Shown: positions 12,390 through 21,919, numbered from the stretch's first letter. The stretch: DNA of 57,714 nt from Acidaminococcus sp. CAG:917 (GCA_000437555.1 FR901028.1:58817-116530); one strand, 5' to 3'. The notes: generated by a model from the letters alone, not told the origin. A program made the numbers and translations.

Positions 12390-12686
12390 TTTTTACCTCT
12401 CAAAAATTTCTTTGCCGTTTGCTTGATTTGTCGGTTTTTTTTCCTCATTTGCTTTTAGCACCCACACGGTAACCCGCCTACGCTTTTACGTCCTCACGGT
12501 TTAACGCACTTGCGCTTGTCTTTCGGTTGAGTTTTTCGTTTTAGCCTAAATAAACCGCTTTAAACTTTCTTTTTACACGATAAACAACACTTTTTGCCCT
12601 AATTTTTATTTTGGGATACGGTGTTGTTTTACGTCCTTTTATCTTTTAAATTTTTCTGCGTTTATATTTTGCCGTTTAATCTGCAT

Positions 12687-12714
12687 TTCCCTCTCGGCAT
12701 TTGCCGAGAGGGAA
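12687..12714. terminator. strong hairpin just downstream of the amt::PII stop
   Basis: TTCCCTCTCGGCA-tt-TGCCGAGAGGGAA. The T-run lies on the plus side only, so terminator efficiency for the minus-strand operon is uncertain. Confidence 0.45.
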
Positions 12715-12721
12715 TTTTGTT

Positions 12722-14488
12722 TTATTTTGAATCCTGCAAAGCGTCATATCCTTCTTCGCCGGTTCTTACTTTTACTACGTTTTCAACGTCGTATACGAAA
12801 ATCTTTCCGTCGCCTATTTCGCCTGTATAGAGCGCCGCCTTTGCCGCGTCTATGACTGCCGAAACAGGAACCTTCGATACCACGATATCTACCTGCACTT
12901 TAGGCAACAGATTTACCGTAACCGGAACGCCTCTGTAATATTCCTTCTTGCCTTTCTGCTGTCCGTAACCCATGACGTGTGATACGGTCATGCCTGTGAT
13001 TCCTATTTCCGTCAACGCCGCATTGAGCTTTTGCAATCTTTCCTCTTTGCATATAATCTGCACTTTGGTAAACTTATGTTCTTTATCGTCTGCCGCCGCA
13101 GCTTTTTCAACGCCGCTCTTCTTCTCGCTCGAAACGGATATGGAAGTGTCCTCGTCTAAAACTATTCTGCCTTCTACGTCGAATTCGCCTTTTAATCCTT
13201 CCGCTCCTTCGTATGCCAAGGCATAAGAAGCTACGTTCGGTGCAAAATCGGCATATGCGTTGATAAGTCCGTGTTCGGATACGTCAAGTCCTTTTGTTTC
13301 CTCTTCGGGTTTTACTCTGAGTCCCGCCGTCTTTTTGATGATAAAGAAGAACAGTGTCATAAGTAAAGCCGTATAAGCGCAAACCGTGACTATGCCGAGA
13401 GTCTGTATTCCGAGCTGATACCAGTCGCCCGTATAAAAAAGTCCTTTAAGTCCTGCCGGAGCGTTGGGGTTTGCCAAAAGTCCTACCGCTATCGTTCCCC
13501 AAATTCCGTTTGCAAGATGCACTCCGACTGCGCCGACGGGGTCGTCAATATGCAATTTGAGGTCGATAAATTCTATCACAAGCACCACCAAGAATCCCGA
13601 AACAAGTCCTACGACGGTAGCTCCGATTGCGTCCAATGCCGCACAGCCCGCAGTGACTCCGACAAGTCCCGCAAGACAGGCGTTGATACACATCGACACG
13701 TCGGGCTTTTTGTTTTTAATCCAGGTAAAGATAAGCGTAGTGCACGTTGCCACCGCAGGGGCTATAGTTGTGTTCAAAAAGATTGTGGCAAGTTCGGATA
13801 CGCTTGTCGCCGCCGCTCCGTTGAAGCCGTACCAGCCGAACCAGAGTATGAATGCGCCGAGTGCGCCGAGCGGAATGGAATGTCCCATAATAGCGTTTAC
13901 TTTGATGACCTTACCTTTTTCGTCACGTTCGTATTTTCCGATTCTCGGTCCGACCATGATAGCTCCTATCAATGCGGTGAGTCCGCCCACCATATGTATT
14001 GCCGTAGAGCCTGCGTAATCATAGAATCCCATCTGTGCAAGCCAGCCGCCGCCCCAAATCCAGTGAGCTTCGATAGGATACACGACAAGAGAAATTATCG
14101 CCGAATAAATACAATATGCCGAAAACTTCGTTCTCTCTGCCATGGAGCCTGAAACGATTGTCGCCGCAGTTGCGCAAAACACAAGGTTGAACACAAACTT
14201 AGATGCCTCTGTCAGACCCTCCTCGGGAGAGGCGATAAACTCCGTAAACTTACCGAACAAATCCAGGTTCGGTATGCCCACAAGTCCTGCCAAAGCGTCC
14301 TCGCCCATCATAAGTCCGTAACCTAAAAGCATAAATACTACCGTGCCTATGCAAAAGTCCATAAGGTTTTTCATTATAATGTTGCCGGCGTTCTTTGCAC
14401 GGGTAAATCCCGTTTCAACCATTGCAAATCCTGCCTGCATAAAAAAGACCAATGCCGCACCGATTAAATACCAAAATTCTGTAGTCAT
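12722..14488 (-). CDS. amt: ammonium transporter (Amt) fused to a C-terminal P-II (GlnK/GlnB-like) domain
   Basis: The Amt channel spans residues 1-~415 (e.g. [13 protein letters not shown]-like [11 protein letters not shown]). A ~60-aa linker follows, then a P-II fold FTKVQIICK...[14 protein letters not shown] (T-loop)...[11 protein letters not shown] occupying roughly 12722-13063. Confidence 0.9.
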   Translation of the reverse strand: MTTEFWYLIGAALVFFMQAGFAMVETGFTRAKNAGNIIMKNLMDFCIGTVVFMLLGYGLMMGEDALAGLVGIPNLDLFGKFTEFIASPEEGLTEASKFVFNLVFCATAATIVSGSMAERTKFSAYCIYSAIISLVVYPIEAHWIWGGGWLAQMGFYDYAGSTAIHMVGGLTALIGAIMVGPRIGKYERDEKGKVIKVNAIMGHSIPLGALGAFILWFGWYGFNGAAATSVSELATIFLNTTIAPAVATCTTLIFTWIKNKKPDVSMCINACLAGLVGVTAGCAALDAIGATVVGLVSGFLVVLVIEFIDLKLHIDDPVGAVGVHLANGIWGTIAVGLLANPNAPAGLKGLFYTGDWYQLGIQTLGIVTVCAYTALLMTLFFFIIKKTAGLRVKPEEETKGLDVSEHGLINAYADFAPNVASYALAYEGAEGLKGEFDVEGRIVLDEDTSISVSSEKKSGVEKAAAADDKEHKFTKVQIICKEERLQKLNAALTEIGITGMTVSHVMGYGQQKGKKEYYRGVPVTVNLLPKVQVDIVVSKVPVSAVIDAAKAALYTGEIGDGKIFVYDVENVVKVRTGEEGYDALQDSK

Positions 14489-14506
14489 AAAATACTCCTT
14501 TTGAGC

Positions 14507-16597
14507 TTATACTCCGAAAAGCAGCTCTCCGTATGTCGGGAACGGCCAACATTCTTTTGAACATACCGTTTCCGCTTCGTCAGCCAAAAGACGGAGCCTG
14601 CTCATGGCCGGAAGCACCCGGTCACGTATTTTTGCCGACTCGCAAACTACGTCGCTTTCCTCTTTTGCCTTAATCACTTCGTCTTCGAGTTCGCCCGCCA
14701 TATCGAACATGGCGTCGGATATAGTTGAAAGTTTAGAAATCGTCTTTGTTTCAAACATACATTCTACCTTCTCCGAAACCGTTTTCTTTTTAATTACCGT
14801 ATCGCAAAGCTCGCCTACATATTTTTCTATTGCCGGCAAAATCTGTTTTTTTGCCATATCCGCCATCGTGTTCGCTTCGATAATCACCGTTTTGCAATAG
14901 TTTTCAAGCATTATCTCACATCTCGATTCAAGTTCTTCCTTTGTAAAAATTCCATGAGATATAAGCATATCCGCATTCTTTTTATCAAGAAGATGAGGCA
15001 TACAGTCCGCCGTCGTCTTATAGTTTGAAAGTCCTCGTCTTTCGGCTTCGGCAATCCATTCGTCGTCATAGCCGTTGCCGTTGAAAATTATTCTCTTGTG
15101 GTCCTTTATCGTCTTTTTGATGACTTCTTGAAGTTTTGCTTTAAAATCCTGAGCCCCTTCCAGCTTGTCGGCATATTGCTTTAAAGATTCCGCAACCGCC
15201 GCGTTCAGCATCATATTGGCGCACGCTATGCTGTTTGACGAGCCGAGCATCCTGAATTCAAACTTGTTTCCCGTAAAAGCAAACGGCGACGTCCTGTTGC
15301 GGTCGGTAGTGTCTTTAATAAATTTAGGCAACACGTCGACGCCGAGCTTCATTTGCTTTTTCTCTCTTGCGCTGTATGGCTTATCGTTTTCAATCGCTTC
15401 AAGCACCGCGCTGAGTTCTTCGCCCAAAAACATCGATATGACCGCGGGCGGAGCTTCGTTTGCTCCGAGACGGTGGTCGTTGCCCGCCGTCGCAACGGAC
15501 AGTCTCAATAAATCCTGATAGTCGTCAACCGCCTTAATTACGGCGCAGAGGAATATCAAAAATTGTGCGTTTTCATAAGGCGTTTCGCCGGGGGTGAGCA
15601 GATTTACTCCCGTATCCGTCGTCATTGACCAGTTGTTGTGCTTGCCGCTTCCGTTGACTCCTGCAAAAGGTTTTTCGTGCAACAGGCATACAAGGTCATG
15701 ACGCTTTGCCACCTTTTGCATTATCTCCATCGTAAGTTGGTTTTGGTCGGTTGCAATGTTCGTCGTCGAATATATCGGGGCAAGTTCGTGTTGTGCGGGC
15801 GCGACTTCGTTATGTTGAGTCTTTGCAAGAATACCGAGTTTCCAAAGTTCGTCGTTGAGGTCGTGCATAAAGTCAATAACTCTGGGCTTTATAACTCCGA
15901 AATAATGGTCGTCCATCTCCTGACCCTTAGGCGGTTTTGCGCCGAAAAGCGTTCTGCCCGTATAAATCAAATCGGGTCTTTGGTCATACAGCTTTTTGTC
16001 CACCAAAAAATATTCTTGCTCAGGTCCGACGCTCGTTTTAACGCACTTTGCCGTATCGTTTCCGAACAGTTTTAAGATTCTTAGCGCTTGCTTGTTTAAT
16101 GCCTCCATAGAACGCAGAAGCGGAGTTTTTTTGTCAAGTGCCTCGCCTCCGTATGAACAGAAAGCGGTGGGAATACATAGCGTTTTATCCTTTATAAACG
16201 CATAACTCGTCGGGTCCCACGCCGTATAACCTCTTGCCTCAAACGTTGCCCTGAGTCCTCCCGACGGGAAACTCGAGGCGTCGGGTTCGCCCTTTATAAG
16301 TTCCTTTCCCGAAAACTCCATAATCACTCTGCCGTCGGGAGCGGGACTGATAAATCCGTCGTGTTTTTCCGCCGTGATACCCGTCAAAGGTTGAAACCAG
16401 TGCGTGTAGTGCGTCGCACCCTTTTGAACCGCCCAATCTTTCATTGCCGTTGCAACGGCGTTAGCGACCGATAGGTCGAGGGTTGCGCCCTCGTCGATAG
16501 TTTTTCTCAGCGAATTGTATACGTCCGCAGAGAGCATAGAGCGCATAACTCTGTCGTCAAAAACCATACTTGAAAAATAATCCGATACCGTTTGCAT
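14507..16597 (-). CDS. glnN: glutamine synthetase, type III
   Basis: ~696 aa, the size and layout of [20 protein letters not shown] start at 16597 with an AAGGAG RBS. The track ORF start at 16729 runs through the promoter and leader. The gene lies 18 nt upstream of amt::PII. Confidence 0.9.
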   Translation of the reverse strand: MQTVSDYFSSMVFDDRVMRSMLSADVYNSLRKTIDEGATLDLSVANAVATAMKDWAVQKGATHYTHWFQPLTGITAEKHDGFISPAPDGRVIMEFSGKELIKGEPDASSFPSGGLRATFEARGYTAWDPTSYAFIKDKTLCIPTAFCSYGGEALDKKTPLLRSMEALNKQALRILKLFGNDTAKCVKTSVGPEQEYFLVDKKLYDQRPDLIYTGRTLFGAKPPKGQEMDDHYFGVIKPRVIDFMHDLNDELWKLGILAKTQHNEVAPAQHELAPIYSTTNIATDQNQLTMEIMQKVAKRHDLVCLLHEKPFAGVNGSGKHNNWSMTTDTGVNLLTPGETPYENAQFLIFLCAVIKAVDDYQDLLRLSVATAGNDHRLGANEAPPAVISMFLGEELSAVLEAIENDKPYSAREKKQMKLGVDVLPKFIKDTTDRNRTSPFAFTGNKFEFRMLGSSNSIACANMMLNAAVAESLKQYADKLEGAQDFKAKLQEVIKKTIKDHKRIIFNGNGYDDEWIAEAERRGLSNYKTTADCMPHLLDKKNADMLISHGIFTKEELESRCEIMLENYCKTVIIEANTMADMAKKQILPAIEKYVGELCDTVIKKKTVSEKVECMFETKTISKLSTISDAMFDMAGELEDEVIKAKEESDVVCESAKIRDRVLPAMSRLRLLADEAETVCSKECWPFPTYGELLFGV

Positions 16598-16644
16598 AAA
16601 TTTTTCTCCTTTTAAATTTTTCGGCAATGCCTGTTTCACGGCAT

Positions 16645-16682
16645 AAAAAAAAGCGTCTTCGAGACTAAGTCTCAAAGACGCC
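16645..16682 (-). terminator. leader (attenuator) terminator in the 5' UTR of the GSIII-amt operon
   Basis: The RNA reads GGCGUCUUUGAGACU-u-AGUCUCGAAGACGC followed by U8. It lies between the promoter (16701-16729) and the start codon (16597). Confidence 0.75.
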
Positions 16683-16691
16683 TTTGCCTTT
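16674..16691 (-). promoter_or_regulatory. hexaloop hairpin AAAGGC[AAAGGC]GUCUUU competing with the leader terminator
   Basis: 6-bp stem including one G-U pair. The last two loop nt and the whole 3' arm are also the 5' arm of the terminator. Confidence 0.5.
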
Positions 16692-16700
16692 TTCGCTTGC

Positions 16701-16729
16701 ATTATACAAAAGGTTTTTTTTGTTGTCAA
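16701..16729 (-). promoter_or_regulatory. sigma-A type promoter of the GSIII-amt operon
   Basis: The minus strand reads TTGACA-17 nt-TATAAT, an exact consensus. Confidence 0.7.
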
Positions 16730-17000
16730 CGATTTTTTTTAAATTTTTTTTCTCTTTTTTTTAGTTTGTTACTTATCTCTTTTCTCTTTTTTCGGCGCAT
16801 ATAAATATATATATAAAAGAGAGTATCATACCCTATCCTATTATTTTTTTCGCTGAATTGTACTCATTTTAATCTGCCGCCGAAGATTGCCTACCGCTGT
16901 TAAATCAAATGCGACTATCCTTTTAAAATTCATACGGCTAAAAGGCAAAATCTTTACCTTTTTTTACCGCAATTTTAAGACAAATTTTTTTGCTCGGTTG

Positions 17001-17029
17001 TTGACAACCTTAAAATACTGTGCTATAAT
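17001..17029 (+). promoter_or_regulatory. sigma-A type promoter of the gltS/glnA/ANTAR operon
   Basis: TTGACA (17001-17006), a 17-nt spacer, then TATAAT (17024-17029). Confidence 0.7.
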
Positions 17030-17039
17030 CTCGCTGAAA

Positions 17040-17057
17040 ATGAGCAAAGACGTTCGT
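17040..17057 (+). promoter_or_regulatory. hexaloop hairpin AUGAGC[AAAGAC]GUUCGU competing with the leader terminator
   Basis: 6-bp stem with two G-U pairs. The loop plus the first 3'-arm nt equal the terminator 5' arm AAAGACG. Confidence 0.5.
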
Positions 17058-17097
17058 TTCAGAGTTTTGACGACTCTGAAAAGGGCGTCTTTTTTTA
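17046..17097 (+). terminator. leader (attenuator) terminator upstream of the split glutamate synthase genes
   Basis: Outer stem AAAGACG/CGUCUUU, inner stem UCAGAG/CUCUGA, then a U7 run. It ends 28 nt before ATG 17125. Confidence 0.7.
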
Positions 17098-17124
17098 TTT
17101 GCAAAAATTACTAAGAGGTCACAA

Positions 17125-18222
17125 ATGGATTTAAAAGAAGGTCAAATCAGAATACCGTCGGGCTGTGCCGTAAGCGCCGTCATCTCGAGAAGCGGACAAG
17201 CGATAAACGGAGAGAAAATCATAAAAAGCATGGTTCCGATGCACGAGAGGTCAAACGGTCTCGGAGGCGGATTTGCGGCATACGGAATATACCCCGATTA
17301 TGCCGACTTTTACGCATTTCATATGTTTTTCGATTCACGGATTTCAAAACAGAACTTTGAAACGTATATTAAAGAATTTTTCGAGATAGTCAAATCGGAG
17401 ATTATTCCGATAAAAAAGATAAAGTCTATCGTGGACGAACCTTTGATAATGAGATATTTTCTTTCTCCTATGAAATCGCGCCTTGCCGACGCACAGCTTG
17501 ACGAACGCGAATTTGTGGCAAGGACGGTAATGCATATAAACTCTGATATAAGCGGAGCGTGTGTAGTTTCAAGTGGTAAAAATATGGGCGTCTTTAAAGC
17601 CGTGGGATATCCTGAGGACGTAGGCGAGTTTTACCGCCTCAGTGAATACGAGGCATATATGTGGACGGCGCACGGAAGATATCCGACAAATACTCCGGGC
17701 TGGTGGGGCGGCGCTCACCCTTTCGGACTTTTGGATTATACCGTAGTCCATAACGGCGAGATATCGTCATACGATGCAAACAGACGTTTTATAGAAATGT
17801 TCGGATATAAATGCACTCTGCAAACGGATACGGAAGTCATAACTTATATCGCCGATTATCTTTTACGCAGACAAAAGCTGACCCTCGCCGAAACGGCATC
17901 GGTTATTGCGGCACCTTTCTGGAGCACGATTGAAAAATGCTCAAAGGAGCAAAAAGAAAAACTGACCTATTTGAGATACGTATTTTCCTCTTTGCTGATA
18001 ACGGGTCCTTTTTCCATAATACTCGGCTTTGACGGCGGACTTATGGCATTGAACGACCGATTAAAACTGCGTTCCATGGTGACGGGCGAAAAAGACGATT
18101 TGTTTTTTATAGCAAGTGAAGAAGCCGCCATAAGAGCTATGGAACCGAAAGCGGAAAACATCTATTCCCCCGACGGCGGCGAGCCGATAATAGTAAAAGT
18201 AGAAAAGGAGGCACAAAAGTGA
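17125..18222 (+). CDS. glutamate synthase, class-II glutamine amidotransferase subunit (archaeal-type split GltS)
   Basis: Ntn-GATase layout with a Cys near the N-terminus (IPSGCAVSAV) and ...HGRYPTNTPGWWGGAHPF...VVHNGEISS. Confidence 0.8.
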   Translation: MDLKEGQIRIPSGCAVSAVISRSGQAINGEKIIKSMVPMHERSNGLGGGFAAYGIYPDYADFYAFHMFFDSRISKQNFETYIKEFFEIVKSEIIPIKKIKSIVDEPLIMRYFLSPMKSRLADAQLDEREFVARTVMHINSDISGACVVSSGKNMGVFKAVGYPEDVGEFYRLSEYEAYMWTAHGRYPTNTPGWWGGAHPFGLLDYTVVHNGEISSYDANRRFIEMFGYKCTLQTDTEVITYIADYLLRRQKLTLAETASVIAAPFWSTIEKCSKEQKEKLTYLRYVFSSLLITGPFSIILGFDGGLMALNDRLKLRSMVTGEKDDLFFIASEEAAIRAMEPKAENIYSPDGGEPIIVKVEKEAQK

Positions 18223-19724
18223 AAGCAGATTATCTTTACCCCGAATATGAAATCATAAGAAACGACGCACTTTGCACAAAGTGCCGTCTTTGCGAAAAAG
18301 AATGTTCAAACGGCGTGCATTTCTTTATTGCGGAAAAAGGAATACTTGCGTCGGACTCGTCAAAATGCGTAAACTGTATGCGTTGCGTTGCTACCTGTCC
18401 CGTCCATGCAATTAAAATCGTAAAGAGCGGAGCCGATTTTACTTACAACGCGAACTGGACGTCGGACGTGATAAGAGAAATTTTCAAACAGTCGGCAACG
18501 GGCGGTGTTTTGCTCTCTTCTATGGGAAATCCCAAACCTTTGCCCGTCTATTGGGATAAAATTTTACTTAATGCCTCGCAGGTGACAAACCCCTCTATCG
18601 ACCCGCTCAGAGAGCCTATGGAAACAAAGCTATTTTTGGGAAAAAAGCCGTCGAACATTGTCCGAGACGAAAACGGCAAAATGGTTTTAAATACTCCTCC
18701 GTCGCTTGAGCTTTCCCTGCCCGTAATGTTTTCGGCAATGAGCTACGGTTCGATAAGCTACAACGCTCACGAATGCCTTGCCCGCGCGGCAACGAAGCTC
18801 GGCACTTTTTACAACACGGGAGAAGGCGGGCTTCACAAAAACTTTTATAAATACGGCAACAGCACGATTGTTCAGGTGGCGTCGGGAAGATTCGGCGTGC
18901 ATAAAGATTACCTCGAAGCGGGTGCGGCAGTGGAAATCAAAATGGGACAGGGCGCAAAGCCGGGTATAGGCGGTCACCTGCCCGGCTCGAAAATCGTGGA
19001 CGACGTCTCAAAGACGAGAATGATTCCGACAGGCTCGGACGCCATATCCCCCGCCCCTCACCACGACATTTATTCTATTGAGGATTTACGTCAGCTTGTT
19101 TTTTCATTAAAAGAGGCAACGGAATATAAAAAGCCGATTTTCGTCAAAGTTGCCGCAGTGCACAATATTGCCGCTATAGCAAGCGGAATCGCAAGAAGCG
19201 GAGCAGACGCCATAGTTATAGACGGTTTCAGAGGCGGCACGGGAGCTGCCCCTACAAGAATAAGAGATAACGTGGGAATCCCCGTTGAGCTTGCTCTTGC
19301 CGCAGTCGACAGCAGACTAAGACAGGAAGGAATAAGAAACGACGTTTCGCTCATCGTCGGCGGAAGCATAAGAAGTTCTGCCGACGTAATAAAAGCGATT
19401 GCCTTGGGTGCGGACGCATGCTATATCGCAACCGCCGCCCTCATATCGCTCGGCTGTCATCTTTGCCGAAACTGTCAGAGCGGAAAATGCAATTGGGGAA
19501 TCGCTACCCAACGCCCCGAACTTGTAGCAAGACTCAATCCCGATGAAGGCAGCGAAAGACTTATTTGTTTGCTTACCGCTTGGAAAAGAGAAATCAAAGA
19601 GTTTATGGGGGCAATGGGTATAAACTCTATCGAAGCGCTTAAAGGCAACCGCCTTATGCTCAGAGGTATCGGGCTTAGCGAAACGGAACTCAACGTGCTT
19701 GGCATAAAACACGCAGGCGAATAA
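18219..19724 (+). CDS. glutamate synthase FMN/Fe-S (synthase) subunit with N-terminal 2x[4Fe-4S] ferredoxin domain
   Basis: CTKCRLCEKEC and CVNCMRCVATCP motifs. The GltS FMN-domain blocks follow: EIKMGQGAKPGIGGHLPG, ISPAPHHDIYSIEDL and DGFRGGTGAAP. It overlaps the upstream gene by 4 nt. Confidence 0.85.
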   Translation: MKADYLYPEYEIIRNDALCTKCRLCEKECSNGVHFFIAEKGILASDSSKCVNCMRCVATCPVHAIKIVKSGADFTYNANWTSDVIREIFKQSATGGVLLSSMGNPKPLPVYWDKILLNASQVTNPSIDPLREPMETKLFLGKKPSNIVRDENGKMVLNTPPSLELSLPVMFSAMSYGSISYNAHECLARAATKLGTFYNTGEGGLHKNFYKYGNSTIVQVASGRFGVHKDYLEAGAAVEIKMGQGAKPGIGGHLPGSKIVDDVSKTRMIPTGSDAISPAPHHDIYSIEDLRQLVFSLKEATEYKKPIFVKVAAVHNIAAIASGIARSGADAIVIDGFRGGTGAAPTRIRDNVGIPVELALAAVDSRLRQEGIRNDVSLIVGGSIRSSADVIKAIALGADACYIATAALISLGCHLCRNCQSGKCNWGIATQRPELVARLNPDEGSERLICLLTAWKREIKEFMGAMGINSIEALKGNRLMLRGIGLSETELNVLGIKHAGE

Positions 19725-19741
19725 ACAAAAAGGAGACGACT

Positions 19742-20464
19742 ATGATAACAATAGACGCAACAATGCAAGACAACGCAGCTCTTTGCAATATGATAAAACA
19801 GTCTGATGACGACGTTAAAATCTCGCAATGTCTCGGCGAGAGATTTTTGGGAGCCGGTCTTAAAGATAAGTATATCGAAATCGACGGCACGCCGGGAAAC
19901 GCTCTCGGAGCATATCTCGACGGTGCAAGCATAACCGTCAACGGCAATGCTCAGGACGCCGTCGGCGATACTATGAACGCAGGCACCATTGTAGTTTACG
20001 GCAACGTAGGCGATGCTGTCGGATATGCAATGCGCGGAGGTAAAATTTATATCAAAGGAAACGCAGGCTATCGGGCGGGCATTCATATAAAGGCTTATAA
20101 GGAAAAATTTCCCGTCATTGTGATAGGCGGCAGATGCGGCAGTTTTTTGGGCGAATACCAGGCAGGCGGATTGATTATTGTTTTGGGTCTTAATAAATCG
20201 TCTAAAAACGTGACGGGCAATTTCCCCTGCACGGGTATGCACGGTGGAAAAGTTCTTATAAGGGGGGATATAAGCGGTATAACTTTTCCCGAACAGGTAA
20301 ACGTCGAAAAAGCGACGGAATCGGATATGTCTGAAGCCATGCCATATATTAAAGAGTTCTGCTCGCTTTTCGGTTACGACGTTTCGGAAGTGATAAACTG
20401 TGCTTTCAGCGCCGTCAAGCCCGACAGCTCAAACCCGTATAAGCAAATGTATGTGGAAAATTAA
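19742..20464 (+). CDS. glutamate synthase GXGXG-repeat (beta-helix) subunit
   Basis: Repeats GNALGAYLDGASITVNGNAQDAVGDTMNAGTIVVYGNVGDAVGYAMRGGKIYIKGNAGYRAG, typical of GltB C-terminal / FwdC-like domains. Confidence 0.8.
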   Translation: MITIDATMQDNAALCNMIKQSDDDVKISQCLGERFLGAGLKDKYIEIDGTPGNALGAYLDGASITVNGNAQDAVGDTMNAGTIVVYGNVGDAVGYAMRGGKIYIKGNAGYRAGIHIKAYKEKFPVIVIGGRCGSFLGEYQAGGLIIVLGLNKSSKNVTGNFPCTGMHGGKVLIRGDISGITFPEQVNVEKATESDMSEAMPYIKEFCSLFGYDVSEVINCAFSAVKPDSSNPYKQMYVEN

Positions 20465-20487
20465 TCCTGATAATTTTTCATTTTACT

Positions 20488-20576
20488 GCGCCGCCGAGTG
20501 TATCCGACAATAAAATTTTTTTAGCTGTATTTGCAAAAATTTTATTTTGTATTGACACTGCGGCGGCGTTTAATTT
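20488..20576 (+). terminator. long composite hairpin after the gltS genes (possible terminator/processing site)
   Basis: GC-rich outer stem GCGCCGCCGAGTG / CACTGCGGCGGCG with a 1-nt bulge. It encloses an AT-rich inner hairpin ACAATAAAATTTTT / AAAAATTTTATTTTGT and is followed by TTTAATTT. Confidence 0.5.
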
Positions 20577-20581
20577 ATTAT
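20552..20581 (+). promoter_or_regulatory. possible internal promoter for the GS-I-like gene
   Basis: TTGACA (20552-20557), an 18-nt spacer, then TATTAT (20576-20581). The -35 sits inside the 3' arm of the composite hairpin. Confidence 0.35.
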
Positions 20582-20695
20582 TATATTGTTATATAATTTT
20601 GTTTATATTATAATTATATTTAAAATAAATCTAAATCAAATAAAAGCTAAATTAAAAAAGTAAATCCGACATACACAAAATAAACAGGTGAAAAT

Positions 20696-21907
20696 ATGAG
20701 TTATTCAGAAAAAGAAGTTATGCAATATTGTGCCGAAGAGGACGTAAAATTCATTCGTCTTGCCTTTTGCGACGTTTTCGGAGTTCAAAAAAACATCTCC
20801 GTTATGCCGAGTCAACTGCCCAAAGTTTTTAAGCACGGCATTGCCATAGACGCTTCCGCTATTGACGGTTTCGGTCAGGAAGGACGTTCGGATTTGTTTT
20901 TATATCCCGACCCTTCCACGCTCACTGTTTTGCCGTGGCGTCCCGAACACGGCAGAGTGGTAAGAATGTTTTGCAGAATATGCAATCCCGATAAAACCAC
21001 TTTCATAAACGATACCAGAAGCATTTTGGTTAAAGCCGTCGCCGACGCTAAAGAAGCGGGCTATAATTTCAATTTCGGCTCCGAGCTTGAGTTTTATCTC
21101 TTTAAACTCGACGAAAAGGGAAACCGAACGTATATTCCGCACGACGACGCAGGTTATATGGATATCGCACCCGACGACAGAGGCGAAAACGTGCGCCGTG
21201 AAATTTGCCTCACCTTAGAGCAAATGGAAATCGTTCCCGAAGGCTCGCACCACGAAGAAGGCCCGGGACAAAACGAAATAGATTTTGAATATTCCGACCC
21301 GCTGACTGCCGCCGACAGAGCGATAACTTTCAAATCGGTTGTCAAGACGATAGCGGCAAGAAACGGTCTTTATGCCGATTTTTCTCCCAAACCCCTTACC
21401 GACCAACCCGGTTCGGGATTTCACGTGAATATCTCGGTTGGCGACGGAAAAAACGGCGAACTTATGCCCTACCTTATCTCGGGAATCCTTGACAAAATTC
21501 GCGAGATATCTCTTTTTTTAAATCCCTCCGAAAATTCTTACGAACGTTTGGGCAGTTTTAAAGCTCCCAAATATGTTTCGTGGTCTATTGAAAACCGCTC
21601 GCAACTTATAAGAATTCCCGCCGCAGTCGAAAACTTTAAGAGACTTGAGCTGCGCTCGCCCGACCCGACTTCGAATCCTTATATAGGCTTTGCGTTGCTC
21701 ATTTACGCTTGCATAGAAGGACTTGACGGACATCTTCCGCTTCCTGAGCCTGCGGACATAAATTTTTATACTGCAAGCGAGGAAATCTTAAGCCGCTTCA
21801 AATCCCTGCCCCTCAGCCTTGAAGAGGCAAAGAAAACGGCAGCGGCAAGCGATTTTGTCAACAAACATTTACCGTCCTCTTTGATTGACGCCTACCTTAA
21901 TAAATAA
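20696..21907 (+). CDS. glnA: type I glutamine synthetase-like protein (short, atypical)
   Basis: GS-I blocks GSELEFYLF, SHHEEGPGQNEIDF, GSGFHVN, NSYERL, NRSQLIRIP and LELRSPD. At 403 aa it is ~40 aa shorter than typical GS-I. The flap motif reads SFKAP instead of GYEAP. Confidence 0.85.
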   Translation: MSYSEKEVMQYCAEEDVKFIRLAFCDVFGVQKNISVMPSQLPKVFKHGIAIDASAIDGFGQEGRSDLFLYPDPSTLTVLPWRPEHGRVVRMFCRICNPDKTTFINDTRSILVKAVADAKEAGYNFNFGSELEFYLFKLDEKGNRTYIPHDDAGYMDIAPDDRGENVRREICLTLEQMEIVPEGSHHEEGPGQNEIDFEYSDPLTAADRAITFKSVVKTIAARNGLYADFSPKPLTDQPGSGFHVNISVGDGKNGELMPYLISGILDKIREISLFLNPSENSYERLGSFKAPKYVSWSIENRSQLIRIPAAVENFKRLELRSPDPTSNPYIGFALLIYACIEGLDGHLPLPEPADINFYTASEEILSRFKSLPLSLEEAKKTAAASDFVNKHLPSSLIDAYLNK

Positions 21908-21919
21908 ACGGAGATAAAT

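Noticed and set aside
12390-12686. Possible T-box or other riboswitch in the ~300-nt region upstream of asnB. The minus strand contains GGCGGGUUACCGUG, which loosely resembles the T-box GGGUGGUACCGCG, and a 9-bp hairpin AAACAACAC/GUGUUGUUU.
   Set aside because: Only about 9 of 13 positions match. I found no downstream terminator or sequestrator helix, no clear specifier loop and no GA/K-turn motif. It needs an Infernal scan, and I make no call.
13464-14152. 184-aa and 211-aa plus-strand ORFs antisense to the amt gene. Similar cases are 19475..20242 antisense to the gltS genes and 23704..24333 antisense to the SPFH gene.
   Set aside because: They lie entirely inside well-supported genes on the opposite strand, lack an RBS and have Ser/Pro/Arg-rich composition typical of antisense frames.
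16598-16729. N-terminal 44-aa extension of the GSIII ORF in the track (start 16729).
   Set aside because: The extension runs through the consensus promoter and the leader terminator. ATG 16597 has an AAGGAG RBS and gives the MQTVSDYF start typical of this protein.
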